Source: a virus. Taken from it: a stretch of 64,000 nt of DNA. The notes beneath the pieces are model-generated. The model saw only the letters and a list, made by a program, of their open reading frames with translations. It ran no database searches and was not told where the DNA came from. Every line of letters begins with the position of its first letter. Position 1 is the first letter of the stretch. Both the position numbers and the translations under genes were made by a program. Positions 17,422-28,165 of the stretch are shown here, in pieces. The stretch spans positions 47,976 through 111,975 of IMG/VR virus record IMGVR_UViG_3300023179_000037. One strand, 5' to 3'.

Positions 17422-20400
17422 ACTTCTCTCAGGTCGTGTTAAAAAGATACCTAGTGCAAATGTAAGTTCAACTAGGTATCAATTCTTAAAGTTAGAGGAA
17501 ACTGAACCAGATTTAGGTCTTCCTTCAACCGACGGTCAAGCACTTTTAAGTAATGTAACCGGTTATAGATACTGGGGCAATGTTTTTGCTACTATTTCTG
17601 ATGCGGACAAAGCAAATATTGCAAATACAGTCCTCGGTCAGGTTCAAGCAGCAACAACTTCAGGATTTGCAAATTTAGCAGGTTATGCTAATGTTTCTCA
17701 AAATGCTAACGTAGCAAATATAGTTTTATCACTTTCAAATTTCACCACATCAAATTTAAGTGAAGGTACAAATCTTTACTTTACCAATGCTAGAGTAGCA
17801 GCAAACGTTTCACTTCTTAGTATTAATGTATTGTATGATGTTGATACTACAGGAGCAAGCACAAATCAAGTTTTAACATGGAACGGTACTCGATGGGTAG
17901 CAAATAATATTTCAAGTATTGGCACCGCGAGCTCTGCTACTAATGCAAATACTGCTTCAATTGCCAATACTGCATTGACAGCAAATGTATCGAATACTGT
18001 TTTATCCATAAGCAATTTTACAACTAGTAATTTAACCGAAGGCACAAATCTTTACTTCAGCAATGCTAGAGCAATAACGGCTGCCATTCCGGCAGTTACA
18101 CAATTAAAACCCAATATTGGGGGAGGTGCACCTTCCTCAGTATTTTATTGGTTATTTGATGATAATCAGTATTTAGGGACAAATCCTACAGTTTATGTCA
18201 CTGCGGGCGAAACGATTTCATTTGATTTAAACAATATCAGTATAGATACATTTGGTTTAGTTAAAGCATCCACTGGTAGTAACGTTACAACAGGATTAAC
18301 ACACGTATCTCCAGCAGGAACAATAACCACTGGTGCCGGTGCTCAAGGAAAAACTAGCGGTAAATTATTTTGGAAGGTTCCGTTTGAGGAACAAGGTAAT
18401 GTTTATAACTACACCAGTTTCAGCAGATCTTTTACTGGTAATATAGTAGTACAAAAACCCACTGCGTTACTTAGTACTTTTCATATTCCGGAAAACGGAA
18501 ATCTTTATTATACAGATACAAGAGTATTAACTAATGTATCATCCATGAGTATAAATGTTTTAGCAGACGTTAATACTACAGGAGCATCTTCAGGGCAGAT
18601 ATTAGGTTGGAATGGATCTGAATGGATTCCAACATCTGTAGCAGGAGTAACATCAAGTACATTTGCTAATTATGCAAATACTGCTAACATTGCTCGTACT
18701 GCCAATCTTGCCAATTTTGCTAATGTAGCTAATTTTGCTAATACGTCAAATATAGCGAATTCAGTATTATCATTAAGTAATTTTACTACAAGTAATTTAA
18801 CAGAGGGAACAAATCTTTACTTTACAAATGCTAGAGTAACAGCTAATGTATCCTTATTAAGTATAAATGTTTTATATGATGTTGATACAACAGGATTAGC
18901 CACAAATAAAGTATTGACATGGAATGGTACTGCTTGGGTACCGACAGATGTTTTGGGTACTGGTGTAGCAGCATTTGCTAATACATCTTTGCTAGCAGGG
19001 TTTGCTAATTCTGCCGGGCAGGCGAATCAAGCAAATACTGCGTTAACAGCGGCAACAGCAACTATTGCATTCCTGGCTTCTTTAGCTACCTCTGCGGTGT
19101 CAGCTACTACTGCTTCCGTGGCTGATATTGCCAATGTAGCTAATTTTGCCAATGTCGCCAAAGTTTCCAACACAACCAATTTTGCCAACGTTGCCAATAT
19201 AGCAAATCTAGTAGTATCATTAGAAAATTTTACTACAAGTAATCTATTAGAAGGCAATAATTTATATTATACGAATGCCAGAGTATTATCTAATGTTTCT
19301 GTAATGAGCATAAATGTTCTTGCAGATGTCAATACTAGCGGCTTAACAGATGGACAAGTATTAGTATGGCAAGGATCAAGTAATAATTGGATACCAGGAA
19401 CAATTTCTTTAGTTAATGCTTCTAATATTTCTGCTCTTGCTAATTATGCCAATGTATCAGGGGGAGCTAATGTAGCCAATGTTGTATTAACCATAAGTAA
19501 TTTTACTACAAGTAATCTTGCTGAAGGCAATAATTTATATTATACGAATGCTAGAGTTTATTCTAATGTAATAAATGTATTAACAACTTATAATGGAAAT
19601 ATAAGTGCTGGAAACATCAATCTTAGTGGTAGATACTATGGTAATGGTTCAGCACTACTAGGTATTACTACAGCACAAGTAAAAGAAAGCGGAAACTTAT
19701 TATATTTTACTAATGCGCTTTCAAGATTATCTGTATCAAGCGCTAATGGTATAGATTATCAACCAAACACTGGCGTATTTCAATTAGCCAACACTGTTAC
19801 ATTTACAGAAGTTAGAACAGTAGTAACAACCTTTGAATCTGGTACTGCTAACTCGTTAACAATACTTGGAAATCTTACAGTATATGGTAATGTTGTTGGA
19901 TTTTTCTCTAATACATTAATTGTAAATGATCCTCTAATTCAATTGGGTTACAGCAATCCTTCAGATGCAATTGATTTAGGTTTTATTGGTCATTATAATC
20001 AAAGTGGCACAGAAAGGCATGCGGGATTATTTAGAGATGCATCTGAAACTGATAAAAGATTCAAATTCTTTGAAGGTTATACACTTGAACCCAATACTGC
20101 AGTTATAGCTACAACTGACCCATCATTTGCATTGGCAAATGTGGAAGCTAAAGAGTTTATCGGCAATATAAATTGGAATAGAATTCTTAATGTTCCCGAT
20201 CCAAGAATAACAGTTAATATTACTGGTGATGTATCTGGTTCAGCATATGGCGATATTATTGATCTACAAAATAATACAATCAATATTGTTACTGCTATTA
20301 ATCCAAATAGCGTTGCCCTTGGTACAGATACAACTGGAGATTACGTCGCCAATTTAATAGCTGGTACTGGTGTATTTATTTCTGGATTAACAGGTGAGAG

Positions 20401-23400
20401 TGCAACACCGACAATAGCTATTGGGCAAAATATAGCACCAACTGCAAATGTAACATTCAATAAGATTACTGCCGATGGGTCAAATATTACTAACTTATCT
20501 ACAGATCAGATAAGAGAGGGTAGTACTAATCTTTATTATACAAATACAAGAGTATTTTCAAACGTATCATTAATGAGTATTGATGTACTAGCTGATGTTA
20601 GTACAGTTGGTGTTCAAACAGGTAATACTTTATATTTCGACGGTAGTTATTGGGTCCCGGGTCCAAACTTCGTAGAAACTCCAACAGTTGCATCAACAGC
20701 AAATCTAGTATTAAGTTTAGATAACTTTACTACATCTAATTTAATAGAGGGTAGTAATCTTTACTTTACAAATGCTAGAGCAAGAGCAGCATTTACCGCA
20801 GGTTCTGGTATTTTCATTACACCGAGTGGTGTTATTTCTGCAAATGCTTCATCATTGTATGTTGACCAGATAAAATACACCTTTACGTCTGTAGGCAATC
20901 AATCAGTATTTAATGGAAATGATGATAACGGACAAAATTTAGTTATTGCTTCACCAAACAAGGTACTCGTTTTCTTAAACGGTGTTCTATTGATGAAGGA
21001 TATAGATTATACTGCTAATAGTATAGCAGTTGTTCTAAATGATTCTGTCACAGCTAATGATGTAGTCACAGTATTTGACGGTGTTCTTGTTGGTGCACAA
21101 AATACTATTGTAGATTATTTACAAAATGTTAATGCTAATTTATTGCCTTTTATAGATAACTACTATAGTATTGGATCTTCTACGTTATCTTGGAAAGATT
21201 TGTATCTTGCCAATGGTATTATTACATTTAAAAATGCTGGTATATTGAATGCCAAAGCCAATGCTATAATTTATTATGATACTACTGGTAATATTATTTT
21301 TGAAGCAAATGCCAATAGTAGAACCATAACACCTTTACTTGGAGTACAAGGTACTTATGGTAATGCAACGATTATTCCAGCATTTTCTGTTGATCAGTTT
21401 GGTAGAATAATAAGTATTTCAAATGTTAATGTTGCAGGAATTAGTGCTGGTTCAGCAACATCTGCTGAGTCTGCAAATGTTGCAAATATTGTTTTATCTA
21501 TAAGTAATTTTACAACTGCAAATTTAACAGAAGGATCTAATCAGTACTTTACAAATGCCCGAGTTGCAGCTAATGTGGCACTGTTAAGTATAAATGTTCT
21601 AGCTGATGTAGATACCACCGGTGTTTCTACAGGTAATGCTTTAATATGGAACGGAACAAATTGGGTACCCGGTACAGCATCTGGAGCAGGAAGTGCAAGT
21701 ACTGCTATCTTTGCTCAAACTGCTAATGTTGCTAACAGCGCAAGTACAGCAACTTTTGCCCAAATAGCCAATGTATCCAATACGGTACTTTCAATTAGCA
21801 ATTTTACTACAGCTAATTTAACAGAGGGAACAAATCTTTACTTTACAAATGCTAGAGTAACAGCTAATGTTTCACTACTTAGTATTAATGTTTTATATGA
21901 TGTTGATACAACAAATGTTAGAACTGGTAATGTTTTAACTTGGAATGGTACTCAATGGATAGCAGCTAACGTTGTTTCTAGTGGAGGCGGCACTGTTGAT
22001 CTTGCCACATATGGTGGTAACATCTTAGCAAGTAACGTTGTTGTTACTGGTAATTTAACTGTAAGTAATATTAATTTTATTGGTGGTTCAACATTAGGAT
22101 TTTCTTCTGATAATAATACAATAATAAGATCAGGCGTATTTGTATCAAGATTTGAAGATTCTGGTAATGTATTCTTACCAAATTTAATAGTATCTGGTAA
22201 ATACTTTGGTGATGGCTCATCATTAACAGGCGTACTGACTCTAGCAAGTTTATCTAATTCTTATATTTCAAATATTTCTATAGGTAATGTTGCAGCTGGT
22301 AATATTACTGCAGGAAATATAATTGTAACCGGTAGATTTATAGGTGATGGTTCTGGATTGACTGGTATCACAGCTTCTGCAATTAGTATTACTACTAGTT
22401 CTGTAGCAGAAGGAACAAATCTTTACTATACCAATGCAAGAGTTATATCGGCAATACAAAATAACTATCTTGGTAATATTACTGCCGGCAATGCATATAT
22501 CGCCAATCTAGTTGTCGGCAATCTAGTATCAACTGGTAATATTACTTCCATATCATTTAGATCAGATAACAATACCATAATTAGAGCTGGTATTTTTGAT
22601 TCAACATTTACCGATACTGGTAATGTATTGGTGCCTAATTTGTATGTCTATGGTAATATCTATGGTGATGGACAATATTTAACGGGGGTATTAACTAGAG
22701 CATCCCTTGCAAATACTTTTGTTTCCAATATTTCTGTTGGATCATTAAGTGTCACAGGCAATATAAATGCCGGCAACATTATACTAACAGGTAAAATTAC
22801 AGGGGATGGATCTGGTATTAGTAACATATCAGCTGCTGGTATTATATTATCTACATCCAATGTTTTTGAGGGATCTAATCTATATTTTACTAATACCAGA
22901 GTAATTACAGCAGTACAAAATTCATATTTTGCCAATCTTTCCGTAGGAAATTTATCTGTAGGAAACATAAACACCAACAATGGTCAGCTAGTTATTTCTG
23001 TTTCACAAGACAATAATACAATAATAAGATCTGGTATTTTTGCAACTACATTTACCGATACTGGTAATGTAACAGTTCCAAATCTTATTATAACTGGTGG
23101 TATATTTGGAAATGCTTCTACACTGACAGGCGTAGTAACAACGTCAAGTCTTAATAGTTATTCTTTTGGAAATATTAGTGCCGGCAATGTTATTGTAACA
23201 GGTAAATTTATTGGAGATGGTTCTGGATTGACCGGCATTACCGCCTCTGCTATCAGTATAACTACTTCAGCAGTAGCTGAAGGTTCTAATTTATATTATA
23301 CTAATGCAAGAGTAATTTCGGCAATTCAAAATAATTATTTAGGTAATATTTCTGCGGGCAATGCTTACATAGGAAATTTAATTGTCGGTAACATAACATC

Positions 23401-24730
23401 TACTGGCAATGTTACGGCATTTAGTTTTAGAAATGATAACAATACCATAATTAGAGCTGGTATTTTTGATTCAACATTTACCGATACTGGTAATGTTATA
23501 TTGCCCAATTTATATGTTTCTGGTGTTGTTTCTGGTAATGGTGCCGGACTAATAAATGTTCCGACAACAATTACGTCTACTACTTTAGTATCATATGGTG
23601 GTAGTATTCTTTCTAGTAATATTGTTGTAACAGGTAATGTAAGTGCCAATTCATTCATAGCAACCGGCAACGTAAATGCTGCTCAAATAGGTGTTACTGG
23701 TAATTTAATTGCTAATAATGCTACAATTATAAATGATATTCTTTTACCTGCAGATAGAGCTAATAGTATTGTTTTCTTGAATGCAGGTAAGTATGTTACT
23801 ACTAGTTCTGCATTGACATTTGATGGTAATGTAATGTCCATCACCGGCAATTTAAATGTTAGTGGTAATATTAATTTTGCTGGAAACACAAGCTTATTAT
23901 TCGTTAATGATAACAATACTGTTATTAGAGCTGGTATTTTTACAACTACATTTACAGATACAGGTAATATTCTTGCTCCAAATATTTACGCATCGGGTAT
24001 TATATCTGGAGATGGCTCTGGCCTAACAAATCTTAGACCCAATCTATTATTAACTATTCCGACTTATACTGGTAGTATTGCTGCCACTAATGTAACTGTT
24101 GCTGGTAATGTAACAGCACAGAATGTTGTTGTGTCTGCAAATACAATTACCGGTAATTTAACTGTTATAAATGATATCAGTTTACCGTCAGATATTTCAA
24201 ATGCTATTTTATATTTAAATTCAAGTAAATATATATCATCAAGTAATTCATTTACATATGATGGATATACTGTTAATTTAACTGGTAATTTAAATGTTGG
24301 CAATGTCAATACTACAGGTGGCGTATCCGCTATTAGTTTTAGTAATGACAATAATACTATCATAAGAGCAGGCATATATCAATCTGTTTTTAGTGATACG
24401 GGCAATGTCACAATGCCAAATCTAGTTGTCACTGGTACAGTTACGGCAACTGATTTAAATACAACATCAGATATGACATTAAAAAATAATGTTGATACAA
24501 TAAGAAATCCATTTAATATTTTAAATTATGTTAGAGGTGTTCAATTTAATTGGAAAGAATCTGGAGAAAAGTCATATGGTGTTATTGCTCAAGAGTTACA
24601 AAGATTTCTACCAGAATTGGTTAAAGATTCCAGTATGGGAAAGACAGTTTCATATTTACCATTAATCGCATTTTTAGTTGAAGCAGTAAAAGATTTACAA
24701 AATCAAATAAATGACCTTAAGAGAAAATAG
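17414..24730 (+). CDS. Long tail fibre (2438 aa) with C-terminal S74-type autocleaving chaperone
   Basis: Many EGxNLYFTNAR repeats, LxWNG..W repeats, VDQFGR; TSD.TLK...GVIAQEL chaperone. Confidence 0.85.
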   Translation: MTKLLSGRVKKIPSANVSSTRYQFLKLEETEPDLGLPSTDGQALLSNVTGYRYWGNVFATISDADKANIANTVLGQVQAATTSGFANLAGYANVSQNANVANIVLSLSNFTTSNLSEGTNLYFTNARVAANVSLLSINVLYDVDTTGASTNQVLTWNGTRWVANNISSIGTASSATNANTASIANTALTANVSNTVLSISNFTTSNLTEGTNLYFSNARAITAAIPAVTQLKPNIGGGAPSSVFYWLFDDNQYLGTNPTVYVTAGETISFDLNNISIDTFGLVKASTGSNVTTGLTHVSPAGTITTGAGAQGKTSGKLFWKVPFEEQGNVYNYTSFSRSFTGNIVVQKPTALLSTFHIPENGNLYYTDTRVLTNVSSMSINVLADVNTTGASSGQILGWNGSEWIPTSVAGVTSSTFANYANTANIARTANLANFANVANFANTSNIANSVLSLSNFTTSNLTEGTNLYFTNARVTANVSLLSINVLYDVDTTGLATNKVLTWNGTAWVPTDVLGTGVAAFANTSLLAGFANSAGQANQANTALTAATATIAFLASLATSAVSATTASVADIANVANFANVAKVSNTTNFANVANIANLVVSLENFTTSNLLEGNNLYYTNARVLSNVSVMSINVLADVNTSGLTDGQVLVWQGSSNNWIPGTISLVNASNISALANYANVSGGANVANVVLTISNFTTSNLAEGNNLYYTNARVYSNVINVLTTYNGNISAGNINLSGRYYGNGSALLGITTAQVKESGNLLYFTNALSRLSVSSANGIDYQPNTGVFQLANTVTFTEVRTVVTTFESGTANSLTILGNLTVYGNVVGFFSNTLIVNDPLIQLGYSNPSDAIDLGFIGHYNQSGTERHAGLFRDASETDKRFKFFEGYTLEPNTAVIATTDPSFALANVEAKEFIGNINWNRILNVPDPRITVNITGDVSGSAYGDIIDLQNNTINIVTAINPNSVALGTDTTGDYVANLIAGTGVFISGLTGESATPTIAIGQNIAPTANVTFNKITADGSNITNLSTDQIREGSTNLYYTNTRVFSNVSLMSIDVLADVSTVGVQTGNTLYFDGSYWVPGPNFVETPTVASTANLVLSLDNFTTSNLIEGSNLYFTNARARAAFTAGSGIFITPSGVISANASSLYVDQIKYTFTSVGNQSVFNGNDDNGQNLVIASPNKVLVFLNGVLLMKDIDYTANSIAVVLNDSVTANDVVTVFDGVLVGAQNTIVDYLQNVNANLLPFIDNYYSIGSSTLSWKDLYLANGIITFKNAGILNAKANAIIYYDTTGNIIFEANANSRTITPLLGVQGTYGNATIIPAFSVDQFGRIISISNVNVAGISAGSATSAESANVANIVLSISNFTTANLTEGSNQYFTNARVAANVALLSINVLADVDTTGVSTGNALIWNGTNWVPGTASGAGSASTAIFAQTANVANSASTATFAQIANVSNTVLSISNFTTANLTEGTNLYFTNARVTANVSLLSINVLYDVDTTNVRTGNVLTWNGTQWIAANVVSSGGGTVDLATYGGNILASNVVVTGNLTVSNINFIGGSTLGFSSDNNTIIRSGVFVSRFEDSGNVFLPNLIVSGKYFGDGSSLTGVLTLASLSNSYISNISIGNVAAGNITAGNIIVTGRFIGDGSGLTGITASAISITTSSVAEGTNLYYTNARVISAIQNNYLGNITAGNAYIANLVVGNLVSTGNITSISFRSDNNTIIRAGIFDSTFTDTGNVLVPNLYVYGNIYGDGQYLTGVLTRASLANTFVSNISVGSLSVTGNINAGNIILTGKITGDGSGISNISAAGIILSTSNVFEGSNLYFTNTRVITAVQNSYFANLSVGNLSVGNINTNNGQLVISVSQDNNTIIRSGIFATTFTDTGNVTVPNLIITGGIFGNASTLTGVVTTSSLNSYSFGNISAGNVIVTGKFIGDGSGLTGITASAISITTSAVAEGSNLYYTNARVISAIQNNYLGNISAGNAYIGNLIVGNITSTGNVTAFSFRNDNNTIIRAGIFDSTFTDTGNVILPNLYVSGVVSGNGAGLINVPTTITSTTLVSYGGSILSSNIVVTGNVSANSFIATGNVNAAQIGVTGNLIANNATIINDILLPADRANSIVFLNAGKYVTTSSALTFDGNVMSITGNLNVSGNINFAGNTSLLFVNDNNTVIRAGIFTTTFTDTGNILAPNIYASGIISGDGSGLTNLRPNLLLTIPTYTGSIAATNVTVAGNVTAQNVVVSANTITGNLTVINDISLPSDISNAILYLNSSKYISSSNSFTYDGYTVNLTGNLNVGNVNTTGGVSAISFSNDNNTIIRAGIYQSVFSDTGNVTMPNLVVTGTVTATDLNTTSDMTLKNNVDTIRNPFNILNYVRGVQFNWKESGEKSYGVIAQELQRFLPELVKDSSMGKTVSYLPLIAFLVEAVKDLQNQINDLKRK
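22565..23496 (+). repeat. 62-bp identical intragenic direct repeat (22565-22626 and 23435-23496) within a family of six DNNTIIRxG repeats
   Basis: GATAACAATACCATAATTAGAGCTGG...GGTAATGT present twice, 870 bp apart. Confidence 0.85.
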
Positions 24731-24753
24731 CCGAGTAACCTAGGGGGACGAAG

Positions 24754-26700
24754 ATGGCAATTAAAGTAAAAGGATTAACATTACTACCCGATGAAAACGG
24801 TAATGCGAGAAATAATACCGGATTGGGTATTAATACTCTTCTTGGCATAACTACTGGCACAGACAACGTTGCTGTTGGTTATCAGGCATTGGATGCGAAT
24901 ACGACTGGCTCGGCTAACACTGCGATGGGGTCTGGTGCGTTGGGGGCCAACACCACCGGAGCAAACAACACAGCAGTTGGTTATCAATCTCTCTACGCCA
25001 ACACCACGGCCTCCAACCTTACTGCAATTGGCTATCAAGCTATGTACACGGAGAATGGAGCAGGAGGTGGTGGTCAAAACAACGTAGCACTTGGTTATCG
25101 AGCGTTTTATTTATTAAATGGCACTGGTGGAGGTATAGCCCAATCAAACACGGCCTTAGGTTCTCAAGCTGGGTACAACACTACCGGAGCCGGTGTAAAT
25201 AATAATACTTTTGTAGGTGCTTTTGCCGCATATACTAATACTGGCGGTTACGGCAACACCGCTTTAGGATCATCAGCCCTCTACGCCAACACCACTGGCA
25301 CAAACAACGTTGCTGTTGGTTATGAGGCATTAAGAGCCAACACCACCGCCTCCGGCAACACCGCTGTTGGTTACCAAGCCCTCACCGCAAATCAAACTGG
25401 CACTGAGAATACTGCTGTTGGCGGACTTGCTCTCGGAAACAATACAACCGGAAATTATAACACAGCCTTTGGGGGGAACATAGGAAGCGGTGGTATTCTA
25501 TGGTATCCGGCACTGAGATTTAACTCAACGGGCAGTCATAACGCTGCTTTTGGTGATGGTGCTGCGGCTAGTAATACCACTGGTAGTTATAACACAGCCA
25601 TTGGCACTGCCGCACTTTACACCGCCCAAACTCCTTCTGCTAACACCGCTGTAGGCTACCAATCTCTCTATTCAACAACCACGGGCGGAGGGTTAGTTGC
25701 AATTGGCTATCAGGCTCTAAACGGTAACACTACTGGCGCAAACAACACCGCTGTTGGCTATCAATCCCTCGCCAACAACACCACTGGCGCAAATAACACC
25801 GCTGTTGGTTATCAGGCAATGAGTAGTAATTACATTACAGGTTCTAATAACGTTGCTATTGGCACTCAAGCCCTCTACGCCAACACCACTGGCGCAAACA
25901 ACACCGCTGTTGGTTATCAATCTCTCTTCTCCAACAGCACAGGCACAAACAATGTCGCTGTTGGTTATCAATCCCTCTACGCCAACACCACTGGCCTACA
26001 AAATACCGCTGTTGGTTATCAGGCGTTAGATGCGGCTACTAGTAGTGACAATGCGGCCTTTGGAGCTGCTTCACTAGGTTCTAACACCACAGGAAGATAT
26101 AACGTGGCAGTTGGAGCTAGTGCGGGTGGTGGTGTAACAACGGGTGAACATCATGTTTCTCTTGGTTTTAACGCTGGAAACACCGTAACCACTGGTTCAT
26201 ATGGTGTTTATATAGGTTCATCATCAGCAGCATCGTCTTCTTCAGCAAGTAGCGAAATAGTAATATGTCATTACAACCAAACAGGCAAGGGATCAAACAC
26301 AGGGTATATGGTTCCTGGATCTGGAGGTATGTACCAAGGCAATAACTCATCTTCTTGGTCAACCACCTCTGACCGCAGGCTTAAAAAGAACATCGTTGAT
26401 AACAACGAAGGCTTAGACAAGATTAGCCAGATTCGGGTTCGCAACTTTGAATATCGCTTGCCTGAAGAAGTTGATCCGGAACTTAAACCAACAGATGCTG
26501 TAAAAAAAGAAGGCATCCAACTTGGTGTCATTGCTCAGGAACTTCAAGAAGTCTGCCCTGACTGCGTGAAAGAAGAAACCACGGGCGTGTTATCCGTAGA
26601 CTCCGACAACGTGTTCTGGCATATGGTTAATGCTATTAAAGATCTCTCATCACAATTAAATTTAGCTTTACAACGTATAGCAGTTTTAGAAAACGCTTAA
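24754..26700 (+). CDS. Tail fibre/adhesin with NTAVGYQAL beta-roll repeats and S74 chaperone
   Basis: About 14-aa NxAVGYQAL repeats (YadA-head-like); SDRRLKKNI...GVIAQELQ. Confidence 0.85.
   Translation: MAIKVKGLTLLPDENGNARNNTGLGINTLLGITTGTDNVAVGYQALDANTTGSANTAMGSGALGANTTGANNTAVGYQSLYANTTASNLTAIGYQAMYTENGAGGGGQNNVALGYRAFYLLNGTGGGIAQSNTALGSQAGYNTTGAGVNNNTFVGAFAAYTNTGGYGNTALGSSALYANTTGTNNVAVGYEALRANTTASGNTAVGYQALTANQTGTENTAVGGLALGNNTTGNYNTAFGGNIGSGGILWYPALRFNSTGSHNAAFGDGAAASNTTGSYNTAIGTAALYTAQTPSANTAVGYQSLYSTTTGGGLVAIGYQALNGNTTGANNTAVGYQSLANNTTGANNTAVGYQAMSSNYITGSNNVAIGTQALYANTTGANNTAVGYQSLFSNSTGTNNVAVGYQSLYANTTGLQNTAVGYQALDAATSSDNAAFGAASLGSNTTGRYNVAVGASAGGGVTTGEHHVSLGFNAGNTVTTGSYGVYIGSSSAASSSSASSEIVICHYNQTGKGSNTGYMVPGSGGMYQGNNSSSWSTTSDRRLKKNIVDNNEGLDKISQIRVRNFEYRLPEEVDPELKPTDAVKKEGIQLGVIAQELQEVCPDCVKEETTGVLSVDSDNVFWHMVNAIKDLSSQLNLALQRIAVLENA
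26335..26640 (+). repeat. Dispersed repeat: S74 chaperone coding region closely similar to 35418-35723
   Basis: Long identical stretches, e.g. AAGAACATCGTTGATAACAACGAAGGCTTAGACAAGAT and GAAGAAACCACGGGCGTGTTATCCGTAGACTCCGACAACGTGTTCTGGCATATG. Confidence 0.9.
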
Positions 26701-26712
26701 AAGATATAAACA

Positions 26713-28152
26713 ATGGCATCTAAAGCAAGATATATAGCAAATTTTATAATAGCCGGCAATAATATTGCCAACAGCACTATTACCTTTTCTGACATTGGAT
26801 TGTTATTTACATCTAATGTAAATGAACTTGGAAATCTTTACTACACCAATGCCAGAGTATTTTCTAATGTATCTCTGATGAGTATTGATGTTCTTGCTGA
26901 TGTGGATACAACCGGTAAACAAGTAGGTAACACTTTAGTATGGAATGGTAGTTATTGGGTACCGGGTGCAGTGGGTTCAGGTGGCGGCGTTAATCTTTCA
27001 GAAACAGCGAATGTTGCAAATACAGTTGTATCCATCAGTAACTTTACTACTGCAAATTTAGCAGAAGGATCAAATTTATACTTTACTAATGCAAGAGCTC
27101 TTGCTGCAGTTCAGTATCAAGATTTAAGTATAGATGATTTGTTTGTTGCCGGCAATTTAACAGTTCAAGGTAATGTAGTTACTTTAAATACTGCAACTGT
27201 TATAGTTGAGGATAAGAATATAATACTTGCCAATGGTGCAGGATCAGCAGCAGCTGCAGATGGTGCCGGTATTACTATCGATGGAGCAAGTGCATCGTTA
27301 ACATATGTCTATTCTGTTGACAGATTTAGATTTGATAAAAATGTAGACATTAGTGGTAATCAAGTTTTAACTACAGCAAGTTCTACGACAAATCTACCAG
27401 AAGGTTCAAATTTATATTTTTCAAATGCTAGAGTAGCAGCCAATGTATCTTTATTAAGTATTAATGCTCTAGTCGATGTAGATACTACTGGAGCAGTAAG
27501 TGGAAATGCATTAGTTTGGAATGGAACCAATTGGGTACCGGGGACGGTAGCTGCCGGATCTGCTACTGCATCTTTAACTGCAAATTTCGCCAATCTGGCA
27601 GCAAATGCTAACTTAGTTCTTTCTTTAAGTAATTTTACTACTTCAAATCTTACTGAAGGAGTAAATCTTTACTACACCAATGCTAGAGTATGGGCTAACA
27701 TAACGGGCGGTATAACAACCTCATATGTACCTGAAGGTTCAAATCTTTACTATACCAATGCAAGAGTAAGATCTGCTATAACGGCAGGTAATACTTTAAG
27801 TTATAATAGTAGTACTGGCAACATTACAATGACTCCTTCGGGCGTAACACCTGGAGTTTATGGTAATTCGACAATAGTGCCGGTTGTTACTGTCGATCAA
27901 TTTGGTAGAGTAACCAATGTCTCGAATATAAATATAACGGCATCAGTAAGTGGCGGAGGCGGAAGTCCAACGACAGATTCTTCTAATGCCAATGTATTTA
28001 CATCAATGAATGGTATTTTTATTAATTCAGCGAATGTAACATTGAATTATACTATAGGATCTGGGTATAATGGATTATCTGCAGGACCTATTACGATTTC
28101 TGCAAATACTAATGTTATTGTTTCTGCTGGTAGTTTTTGGACTATAATATAA
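26713..28152 (+). CDS. Tail fibre segment protein
   Basis: EGSNLYxTNAR repeats, VEDKNIILA, VDQFGR, C-terminal SAGPITI...W domain. Confidence 0.75.
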   Translation: MASKARYIANFIIAGNNIANSTITFSDIGLLFTSNVNELGNLYYTNARVFSNVSLMSIDVLADVDTTGKQVGNTLVWNGSYWVPGAVGSGGGVNLSETANVANTVVSISNFTTANLAEGSNLYFTNARALAAVQYQDLSIDDLFVAGNLTVQGNVVTLNTATVIVEDKNIILANGAGSAAAADGAGITIDGASASLTYVYSVDRFRFDKNVDISGNQVLTTASSTTNLPEGSNLYFSNARVAANVSLLSINALVDVDTTGAVSGNALVWNGTNWVPGTVAAGSATASLTANFANLAANANLVLSLSNFTTSNLTEGVNLYYTNARVWANITGGITTSYVPEGSNLYYTNARVRSAITAGNTLSYNSSTGNITMTPSGVTPGVYGNSTIVPVVTVDQFGRVTNVSNINITASVSGGGGSPTTDSSNANVFTSMNGIFINSANVTLNYTIGSGYNGLSAGPITISANTNVIVSAGSFWTII

Positions 28153-28165
28153 TGAGTACATTATA

